The translations under genes were made by a program, and so were the position numbers. Positions 49,806 through 60,005 of a DNA stretch of 64,000 nucleotides are shown here, piece after piece. Position 1 is the first letter of the stretch; each line of letters begins with the position of its first letter. This DNA is from Microthyrium microscopicum (Eukaryota): contig MU004234.1 in the NCBI GenBank assembly GCA_010405405.1, positions 4,671 through 68,670 of the forward strand, read 5' to 3'. A model generated the notes under the pieces. That model worked only from the letters and a program-made list of their open reading frames with translations, did not search any database and had not been told where the DNA came from.

Positions 49806-51699
49806 ATGCCAATCAAATCAAGATGGACCGTCGACATACCTGACATCTCCCTCCCAACCTTCCTCTTCGGCTCTCCCACCGTTGACCTACCAACAACACC
49901 ACTCATCATAGACCCTCGCGCACCAGACGATGCATACCTAACAATGACCACCTACCGGCTCTGGGCTCAACGCTTTGCAGCCGGTCTATTGAGAAATGGC
50001 TTCCAGAAAGGCGATCGTTTACTGCTATTCAGCGGCAACACCATATTCTTCCCTGTCATAATCATGGGCACTATCATGGCCGGCGGGATCTTCAGCGGCG
50101 CAAATCCAAGCTATGTACCTCGTGAACTAGCCTATCAACTAAAAGACACGGGTGCCCGGTTCTTGATTACAAGCGAAGCAAGCTTAGATACTGCGCTGGA
50201 GGCGGCACAGATGGTTGGCGTCGATAAGAGCAGACTGTTTGCTTTCGATGATGGACTTGCGACGGCGGCTGGACAAGGCAAGAACCACGGCGAGGTCAGA
50301 CATTGGTCGACTTTGCTGGCCAGTGAAGCTGAGGGGAAAGCATATGCCTGGCCGGAATTGAGTAGCGAGGAATTGGATCATACCAGTTGCACACTCAACT
50401 ATAGTAGTGGGACGACGGGTGTGCCCAAGGGTGTGGAGATTACGCATCGTAATTATGTTGCGAATTCTGTTCAGATTCAGTATCAGAATCGGTTAGATCC
50501 GGACTTCGAGGCGGTTACGGCACGAGCAAAGCTACTGTGTTTCTTGGTAAGTGTGACAACGCACCATAGCAGTAAGAGTGAGACTAACGGAGACAACTAT
50601 AGCCCATGTACCATGCTTATGGGCTCACAGTTTTCACGCTGAACGCCGCGATAGAAAACATCCCGTCATACATCATGAACAAGTTCGATTTCGTAACGAT
50701 GCTGGAATATGTAGAACGATTCCGGATCTCGTTCTTAGTTCTAGTACCACCAGTCGTCGTCGCAATGGCAAAATCGCCGCTTACAAAGAAGTATGATTTG
50801 AGTGCTGTGGAACGTGTTGGCTGTGGTGCGGCACCTCTGGGGCGAGAAGTGTGTGTGGAGCTGGAGAAACTTTGGCCACAAGGCGTTGTCAATGTCAAAC
50901 AAGGCTGGGGTATGACAGGTACGTTGGCCAGGTTGTTTGGAGAACATGAGCTCTTTCGCTGACTCTCGCAGAATTGACTTGTAGCGCAATGGGTTGGGAC
51001 CCTACACATACCAGCGAGAGTTTTAGCGTGGGCGAACTCAATGCTAATTGCGAGGCGTTGCTGCTCGACGATTCTGGCTCTGAAGTATCTCAAGGTGAAC
51101 GTGGCGAGATCTGGATCAGTGCGCCGAATGTAATGAAGGGATATTGGAATAAGCCAGAAGCCACGGCGGAGACTCTCACAACAGACAAGCAGGGCAAGAT
51201 ATGGCTGAAGACTGGCGATATTGCCTACATCGACGACCAGAACCGATTTTACATCGTTGATCGAAAGAAGGTAACGAAAATTGAGGCTCTGAGTACTCGA
51301 ATGCTCACTCTTTTAAGGAACTTATCAAGGTTAAGGGCAACCAAGTCGCACCTGCTGAGCTCGAAGCTCTTCTTCTCGATCTTGATCCCGTTGCCGATGC
51401 TGCCGTCATTGGAGTAAGCATTGAGGATGAAGAGTATCCGCGAGCGTACATCCAGGTCAAGGAAGGACAGACACTCACTGAAGCTCAAGTACACGAATTT
51501 ATGAACAAACGCGTCGCATTCCACAAACGCTTGACTGGTGGTGTTCGGTTTATTGATGCTATTCCAAAGAATCCTGTAAGTTTAACTAATGATACATACA
51601 AAACATGCTTCTAATGGCAAATAGTCGGGCAAGATCCTTCGCAAGATTTTGAAAGATGCTGCGAATGCGGAGCAGAAAGCACCAAAGGCCAAGTTATAA
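49806..51699 (+). CDS. 4-coumarate/phenylacetate-CoA ligase-like AMP-binding enzyme, peroxisomal (PTS1 -AKL), 5 exons
   Basis: YSSGTTGVPKGV, PMYHAYG, QGWGMTE, WLKTGDIA, DRKKELIKVKGNQVAPAELE, IPKNP-SGKILR after splicing; ends KAKL*. Confidence 0.93.
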
Positions 51700-51957
51700 G
51701 AAACCAGCAATTTGTTGGCTGCTTATCGATATTCTGGCCCATAGAGTGCATAATCTAGAAGATTGTACAGGCACACACCTATATACTTCGGATGTTAACC
51801 CATCTGTCACTAATGACAACCCAATCGTTCATTTTCTTACAAATTTCTATCTTAGACTCGGTTCAAAGCACAAGACTATGGAACTCTGAAGCACAAATTT
51901 ACCGAACGGGAGTCAGGAATAGCTCTTCAACCCGGAATACGGACTTGTTTCCAATTT

Positions 51958-52776
51958 CTAAAGCTCCATAAGTTTGTCTTCATCATCTATTTCATCCTCA
52001 AGATCAACATTTTCCTCCAAAACCATTTCCAAAGCATCCGGACCAGATTCGCCGTCGTCTCCAAATGTCCTCTCACCTTGCATTGAAGATAGGCTTGATT
52101 TGATTCCCTTCTTGTCCCTGTATCTATGTTTTCGAAGAACCTGGTACTGAATGGCAAATATGCGCTTGCCCTCAAGCCCAGCGCCGCCATCACGGCTATT
52201 CTCTTTACTCATTTCACCACCGCCTTCAAGAGTTGGAACATCCACGGGTATTCCTCCTGTCACTGCCATTGCAATTTCCTTCGTGGGTACTTTGGCATCA
52301 AGACTCGCGGCTGATCTTGATGATAGGCTCTCTGTGTACTTAAGAGAATCAGTGACCAGTAACCCAACGATTAGATATGCGGTCCTATCGGTCCAAGTTA
52401 AGCTGTTTACAGCCGCATGGAGTTGTGCATCAGCTTTGATGTTTTTCAGTACATCTGCATAATCTGAGATGGAAAGCTTTGCGACTTTGGCAGCGTTGAT
52501 CTCTGGCGAGTCTGAATGAGATTTTTCGGTAGAGAACTTGAGCACATCGGCCAGTGCAGCGTATATTGAGGTCCCTTGCTTGGACTTTAAGAGCTCTGAA
52601 ACATTCGAGTAACCTTCGTCCGTGAGCACGTCTCCGCGAATAGTAGATGTGTCCTTGGGTGCTTTGCCAGATAACGGATTTTGATGGTTACTGACTACCC
52701 TTCCTAGCCATTCCTCTGGCTTATCGGTTCGGAGAGTGGACCAAGAATCGAGCAGGTAGAAGCTGTCTTTGCTCAT
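51958..52776 (-). CDS. Fungal gasdermin-like pore-forming protein (HET-Q1/RCD-1 family), 272 aa
   Basis: Size and motif order: N-terminal FYLL, WLGRVV...P, AYLIVGLL, beta-hairpin-like Ser/Gly-rich segments, IFAIQYQVL, basic patch, F238-G239, then a highly acidic tail; adjacent to a protease gene. Recognised by pattern, not by HMM. Confidence 0.78.
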   Translation of the reverse strand: MSKDSFYLLDSWSTLRTDKPEEWLGRVVSNHQNPLSGKAPKDTSTIRGDVLTDEGYSNVSELLKSKQGTSIYAALADVLKFSTEKSHSDSPEINAAKVAKLSISDYADVLKNIKADAQLHAAVNSLTWTDRTAYLIVGLLVTDSLKYTESLSSRSAASLDAKVPTKEIAMAVTGGIPVDVPTLEGGGEMSKENSRDGGAGLEGKRIFAIQYQVLRKHRYRDKKGIKSSLSSMQGERTFGDDGESGPDALEMVLEENVDLEDEIDDEDKLMEL

Positions 52777-53364
52777 TTTTTATAGGCTTGGGGTACTGGT
52801 GTCTTCGTGCACAATCTAGACAATTTGGAAAAGGATAGGACAGATCAGGAAGTGGGGTTAGTCAGTGTTGGTGATGAGGCTTCCAACTTGAGGCCGGGAA
52901 ACAGTTTGGTGTAGCTGTCGTAGGCGGTTGGCCTCCACCAATCACAGACAGTGATGGCAAAATCAGAACTTATGTTTATTAATAAGACTTCGTAATGCAG
53001 GAAGTACGACCAGTTCTAGGCCACTTTGAAACTCGCGAAGGTGTGGTGCTTGGCGAGCCGGAAGAGGAACGCCATGCATGAGCAGACTGTGCAAGGGAAC
53101 GACAACGGCGCTTTGGATGTGCCAGGAATTCAGGATAATCGTCAGCACTCAAAGCCTTGTCAAGAATCTACTCTCTTGCGTTTTGTCCTTTGTTCACGGT
53201 AAACCTTCTGTTTGGCGCCATAGCGAAGTGTGCCTACGGCATTCTCAACGAGTCATAGGATACGTTGAGTCGAAAGCAACGGACTCCGGTTGGCGTTCAT
53301 CCTGAAGCTTCATAAGTATTTCTCCGTGGGACCTCCTATCGACGTTCAAAGAAAGCATTAAGAA

Positions 53365-56300
53365 ATGGCAAGTCGGCAAAAGAAGATTCTGATATACGGT
53401 TTGCCTCACGGAGCTGACGGAAATCTTCCATATCTTCGCATATCCTATGAAGGCTTCAAAGCGGCTGCTCCTATTCCAATCAGTATTATGCCAAATGGTA
53501 AGCTTATCGTACATCGTACTACGTTCCTTGAAGAAATGTCATATACCAGGACTAGTGGTGGCTGTCAGAGCATTCGATGGACCCCATAGAATTCATGTGT
53601 TATTGTGTTCTATGGTTCCCACCACATGCGAAGGCTTCCATAACGTTTATATGGTTTCACCACGAGAGAAAAAAATTGATTTTTCGAAGCCTGTCGACCC
53701 TGATCAGAGTCTTATGCTAACAAATTCGAGGACCCGACAACAAGCTGCATGACCTTAAGTGGAATCTAGAGGAATTCGCAACAAAGGATCCATTTGACGT
53801 GTCAAGGTAAGGCTCTCTGATTTCAAAGCACCTTGCTTGATGACTTTCAAAACTACCAAACTAGTGGTGGCTTTCAGCACATTAGATGGCTCTCATGGCA
53901 TGTGTTTCTAAGCGCTATAGCTCCCAATGGATGCCATGGCCTTCATGGAAGGTTTGAACACGAAAATACCGAATACCCTCTTCGTATTGCTTGGGCTTTG
54001 ATCGATTGTTGATGTGATGCTAACAAAAGCAAGAGCAAACAAGATTGCAGATAATATCAAAAAATATACCAGTCATCTAATTCAGTTCGTCTTGAAAATC
54101 CTGGAAAGCCCCACCGATATATTGGGAAGTAGACTTGTTGTCAAGTTATCTGATCATTGGACGGGATCGTCGTTGTTAAGGCAAACCAGCGATGGGACAA
54201 ACATTGTTCCCCTTATGCAATGGGAATGTCTGGAGGAAGTGGAGTCATGGCCATCCGAGTACAGACCTCTCGCAGTCACAGTCGTACGAAGCACAGCTTG
54301 CTTAAATTTTGAAAGCGGAGAGACACAACAGCCTGTCTTGAGCGTCAAGTCTGTTCGAGTGCTGGCACTGAGTGCAAGGCCTTTTGGGGATAATGATGTT
54401 CCTCATCGTCTAGTCACTCGAACAATATATCAAGTCGTACAGTCGCTCGAGACGCAGCAGTACCCACCAGAGCTTATAATCGCAAGACCTGGCAGTATCG
54501 AAAGTTTGGATAGAGAACTGGGATCTCATCCTACCGGGTACTTTGACATTGTCCACCTCGATGTTCATGGAGAGGCAGACGAAGACAGGTAAGTCGGCTT
54601 GCAACTCTTATTTGCTAGTCCAAACATAACGATAGATAGCGCCACACTTCTATTCCTAGAGAATGCCGAGCCCACAAATGTGAAACGGGTAGAAGCTTAT
54701 CAGCTGGGGAAGGTGCTGCGGAACCACGGCGTTCGATGTGTTATAATGAATGCGTGTCAATCCGCCGCGTTGGTGCACAACTTCACTCGAAGCTTAGTCC
54801 AAGAAGGTATTCCCATGGTTCTCGGTATGCAATACAAGCTGCTAGAGACCGCTGCCGAGATATTGACTACAACACTTTACGAGGGCCTTCTTGCCCGTAA
54901 TCAGTCACTACCCGATGCTTGCGCTTATGCTCGATCCAAGCTCCGGGCCATTCCCAGCCGCAGAACTAACTACAACACCACGGTTCGGGTTCTCGACTAC
55001 ATGAATCCAGTGCTGTTTATGGCCGAGCGATTCGAAGAACCTGATCTGCGGGAGATCGGAAATGCGCCTCAAGTCGCTGCAAATGCTTTTGAAGTTGAGC
55101 AAGGCCTTCTTGGACGAGAATCCGTCATGCTTGATATGGAGAATGACTTCCTTACGTTCTCGAACCTGGGCTTTTTGACCGGCATAGCGGGCTCTGGTAA
55201 ATCCGCACTTGCTGCTCACCTATCCTGGTGGTGGAAAGCCACAGGTCTCATATGTGGCACTCTTCACATAGATTTCGCAAGCTTTGGTTCACTCGAATGG
55301 AAAGATATAGTTCAACTTTTCTGCGATGAAGTTCGGCAATTAAAAATCGACCATCAGGATGTGAACAGCGAAGAGAAACTACTTCAACATCTTCAACACT
55401 ATCGATATCTTGTGCTTTTTGATAGTATCGACGCTCTCGGATCAGTCGCGCCAATACAACTTCTTGACAGCATCATCAAATTCTCAAAGACTCTGAAAAA
55501 ACGTTATAAAAAATCCAAAGTTGGATCTTTGATCCTCTTCGTCAGTCGCGATGAACAAAACCGACTAAGAGCTGACACTGCTGCTCAGGTCTTCCCCTTG
55601 CAAGGATTGGTACGTTTTCTTGGGTAAGATCGCATCTCTTGACAACGCTTCGAGTACCAAAGCTAGTGGTGGCTACCATAGAAGGTGCTCATGACTGAGT
55701 GCTATGGTTCGCACCAAATGCAATGGCATTCAGAACGTGTTCAATGTTTCCTCCACGAAAAGACTAGGTGGCCGTTTTCAAATTATGCTAGATTAGTTGC
55801 TTCCTCGTACTAACAAATTCCAGGATCTTTCTTCCAGCTTACGCACCTCCTTCAGCCTCTTGGAGAAAAAGTCTAGATTTCTGAGTGCAACCGACACGAC
55901 CACTGCTCAGCATATGGCGGAGATAATGGCGCTCATCGGTGGCAACCCATTGGCTATCGAGCTAGTGATGGACGATTTTGCGCAACGTTCGGATGATCCT
56001 GCACAGTATTATCGGCGACTAACCTCCAATAAGAATTTTAAGATCGATACTTCCAGAATTCCCCATCGCAGCCTGCAACAAGCGCTGGAGTTGCGCGATT
56101 CTTCATGGGATTACAAACCTTTAATGGGAGTTTTGACCTCCAAACACATTATGTACCTTAGCCCATTTTGGAATGTCATTCCAGCCCGGCTCGCACCATA
56201 TTGGAGATTTGCTGAGCTCGCTATAAAAAGAACAAGTCGCCGTAACATATTTTCCAGGGATATGAAGGCGGCAGCCGAGTCGCTGGACGACTCAGAACTA

Positions 56301-57749
56301 CAACTGTTCATGGAACAAGACCGTTCCTGTGACGTGCTTGGAGCAGAGCAATACAAATACATGAATGAGGAATTCGCAAAGGCATTAGCTGGCTTTACTG
56401 ATTCTGGCTTTATCAGTGGACCGGAATCTACAAATTTCGGTACTGCTCTATGGGACGTTTACTACAACGTTCATCCCATCCTCACTATATGTTTGAGAGC
56501 CGCACTGAACGATAGTGATACTACTAGCGTGGACAAATTCATCGTCCCTGTTGCATTCCAAAGGTTCTATGAGCGACGCAATTTGTTGGAATTTCCCGAA
56601 AACCTAGCCCTTGGAGATTGGAGTGATGCCAGAGAGCAGATCAACTTCGAGTTTTCCAACTATGTAACGTCCGTGAATCTGTCATTGTCAATCAGAATGA
56701 CTTACGACAATTACAAATGTGACACGTTGAGTGTCATCCGGGGTCTAGAGTGCCGTGATGCCCGAGCACTCATGGTTGCCCACACACTCCAAAACCGCAG
56801 CATAGACTACCTTCTCGACGCGCTATGGGATATTAAACCAACTACATTTTCTGAGGCTCGAAACTCTTTCAACATGTTTGGACTCAAAACGCTGAGAAAG
56901 CTCAGCAAAGGTGTCAAGGCCCCGACCGATGACATCGACAGGTCCAACATTTCATTCTTCTGTATAATAGGAGTGTTCTGTGTAGGAAAAATGATGGATG
57001 CAGCCATGTCCGCATACAAGCTTGGTTTCAATATGGGTATATACCGAAAGCACTTGGAAAGATTGAAAACATATGGTGCAGCCGAATCATCTGCGGCCAA
57101 GGAGTTGAATGCCATGCTGAAATCATTTGAAGGACATCTGGATTATATCGATAGGGGTCTTTCCAACAGATCTATCGAAGAAGATAACCTGGCCTCTAAG
57201 GTAGCTCAGACGGGTCAAGCGGAAGCTTTTCTGGCTTTGCAGAAGGGTCTGGGAAGAGTTGGTGATCTAAACTCGCTTTCTGAACGTGTGCAACAGGCCA
57301 AACTAGTATCAAATTTCAACACGCTATCTCGGAACATACATGGCGGCGACGAATATCAGGCTCAAGCAGAGGCCGTGGTTGGGCTTTTCTTTAGAAGCCG
57401 AAATGGAGAAGACATTTCCATCGATGAAATCGAGGGCCTTGAGAAGATTTCACACGACTACCTGCGTCAGAACTTACTCGGAGGAAGCAGTAATCCCGAG
57501 CGGATGGTCTCACTACATCATCATTTGATTACTCTCGCCATAGTGCGGGACGATATACTGCGGGCCAAGGAGCATTTAAAAGCGTCACGCCCTTATCTCT
57601 TGCAGTTGCCCGAAAAGGAAGAGCCACGGCTGTCGATTGAGACAGTACGCAAGGATTTTGAAAACTGGATCGAGGCAAGAAAACGTCTGGAGCAATTGTT
57701 GCAGGAGAGGGAAGCAGAGGCAGTATTGAATAAAGGTAGCAACTCATAG
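53365..57749 (+). CDS. CHAT (caspase-like) protease fused to a STAND/NB-ARC-like NTPase and a helical C-terminus; exons 53365-53497, 53731-53806, 54034-54588, 54640-55609, 55824-57749 (1219 aa)
   Basis: Exons sum to 3660 nt in one frame. CHAT His motif FDIVHLDVHG and Cys motif VIMNACQS; GIPMVLGMQY; Walker A GIAGSGKS; Walker B YLVLFDSID; GGNPLAIEL (GxPLA) motif. Confidence 0.88.
53498..55823 (+). repeat. Three mutually homologous long introns (53498-53730, 53807-54033, 55610-55823)
   Basis: Each has CTTGA at +28/29, TACCA, identical CTAGTGGTGGCT at +53/54 from the donor, CTAT(G/A)G(T/C)TC, ATGC.A.GGC, CACGA and a CTAACAAA branch region. Confidence 0.88.
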
Positions 57750-58193
57750 AGGAGCTGGAAAATTGTATGGACAATGTGCTTCAATTACCAATCCTGTTTG
57801 ATAAGCTATTGTGACTGCCTAGTTCCCACTACGCACCTATTTGAGGGATGAGGGCGAAGTTATTGATGTATAACGGATAGAAGATTGTTTGATATAATGC
57901 AGATTGTGTTTCTTCTTCCTCACCGAGCCTCACTTCTTCATAAGTTCACCCTAAAACCACAACCTCACAAGCTTCGCCCAAAACCTTGGAAATCAGCCTC
58001 GATACATCCTTTGACAGCTACGCCTTGTCCCAACCGGAATCTTCATCCCAGCTCCCCGAGCAAGGTACGACCCGAGAAAGCCTCGAAGGGTTACTGGGGG
58101 AGAAAACACGCGAGAGAAGAGAAAATAATGAACGAGAGAAGTTTCTCTTTACTCTTCTCCGATGTCCTAAGCCACTTCTCTCTGTCGCCACAC

Positions 58194-58934
58194 TCATATG
58201 AATCTCAACAAATAGCAGATACTCTCCAACCAGTAGTTCACTGAAGAATCTGCTTGTCCTCTACCCACTAATGGCGATTGCCAGCTTTCACTCCTTGCCA
58301 TCTCGTACAGATAACCCAAATTACCACATCGCGCCACCACAGTCTCCTCGACATACCGATCTCCTCCAAACAAGGCATTCATACATCCAAAAACTTTCAA
58401 AGCCCACCCACCTGCCTCAAACAGCGATACAACGAGGCTGACACTCATGAGCGGAAAGCCGTCCCGCGCATCCGCGGACCGCGATCCACATGCACGGCGC
58501 CGTACGTAGTCAAAACGCAGCGCGCTGCCGGTGATCACACGGGCGAAGCAGGAGAGCATTCTTTGCCAGACGGCTGGGTTCAAACAGGGCGAAAGGCAGT
58601 GGGGGGCCTCGATGCAAGCAAGGCAAGTTTCTCGAATTCAAGGCGGAATTTCAGGTAGTTGCTCAAGACGGTTAGGTTGAGACCGGGAAGCAGATGCGGG
58701 TGGTGGCGGGGAACTAGCCGTCGGCGGGCCGGACCGCGGCTGGGTGGGGGGGTTTGTCAGGGGTTGGAATATGTTGGCTGGTGTTTGGGTATACTCGAGG
58801 AACGGGCCTGTGTTCTTTGCTAATATTTGTGAAAATGACGGAAGCTTTTGATTGGGGAGGGTCAATTATGATGTGCTATTTGGTGATAGTCGTAGATTTG
58901 CATCAGCGTCATGCCAGTTCTGAGAGGATGTCAT
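58194..58934 (-). pseudogene. Possible degraded gene of unknown family
   Basis: ATG at 58934 reads MTSSQNWHDADANLRLSPNSTS*LTLPNQKLPSFSQIL..., then protein-like pieces in shifting frames (LSNYLKFRLEFEKLALLASRPP; LNPAVWQRMLSCFARVI). No family recognised. Confidence 0.3.
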
Positions 58935-60005
58935 GGTGGTAGATCCAGTGTCAAAAGTTCCTGCTTCCTGGCTCCGCAGGAGGACCTGACTGATGACATT
59001 CGGCCCGATCGTATAGACGACTTGCGAGCTGATCCAGATTTCACAAATGATTGATAGACCAAGAGCACGTAGAGCTGCATTCGGAAAGAGATGGCCAAGT
59101 CCATGAATGTATTGTAAGCTTCACTTCGTGACAAGGAGGTACGTGCCTAGCTGACGATCATGGCACCAGCTCTCTGGATACCTGACTGTTTCAAGTCATG
59201 CATGCATATCAGCCCAGCAGTCACTAGACCAACGTGCAGTAATGCTAACAAAACCGGGACAAATCAAAACAAATCACTGGCGCTGGACTGGATGAAGATG
59301 ACGAGAATGTTCTTGGTTCAAGTGCCGACAGCTCAATGCCGGAACGAAAGTAAGCGCCGCGTTGGGGGCTGATCTGGATTAACTATATATAGGGTAGCCC
59401 GGCTCAGCAGGGTTTGTATCTGTAACATGTTGTAGAAAAGAAAGGAAACCGGTCTAATATTATGGCATGTCGTCGCCAGAAATGACTGACGGATGGGAAT
59501 CTTGTGCAAAGGTAGCAAAAACGATGTGATGGGAATCATGCAGTAGAACAAAAAGGTCAAGACAAAAAGAACAGGACATGTCATCATGCAATATTGGTAT
59601 TCGCAAAAAGAAAAGAAAAGATCGCTGTAGAAAGCTAAACCAGTGCCGCCCAAGTCGGATCAGTGGCTGCCGTCGTTTGTTGGACGGGATGAAATGCCTC
59701 AAGGTCAACCCAGATGCTACCGGGTGACTAGTCACATAAACTCCGATTAGAATAGTGGTATGCTCCAGATGTAGAAAAGGCCACGTTTTCCGGTCGTTGA
59801 AGTCGTTACGAGAAATTGAATGTATTGTACAGGTAATAGATACAGATAAAGGTGCTGCCGTTTATGTTGCTTTTTGTCATGATCTGCATGATTGAGATTG
59901 AACTGTAATTGTGATTCGCAATGCTTAAACGATAAAAGCTTTTGTCGATCTTCACAAAGATCGAAATATGGACCATGCTAGATTGGCGGCATGCCAATTT
60001 TGAAG

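Noticed and set aside
53836..54005. C/D-box snoRNA in intron 2 (TGATGA)
   Set aside because: Box C is not conserved in the two sister introns and there is no consistent terminal CTGA box D.
55663..55715. tRNA or tRNA-SINE (CTAGTGGT ... GGTTCGCACC resembling A/B boxes)
   Set aside because: No cloverleaf or acceptor stem, and the B-box-like sequence is degenerate in the other two copies. Kept only as a weak alternative origin.
53527..55760. Hammerhead-ribozyme reading of the intron motif (TTGANGA/TTGACAA ... CGAAA)
   Set aside because: The two half-motifs are more than 110 nt apart and the flanking bases do not form stem II; intron 1 has CGAGA.
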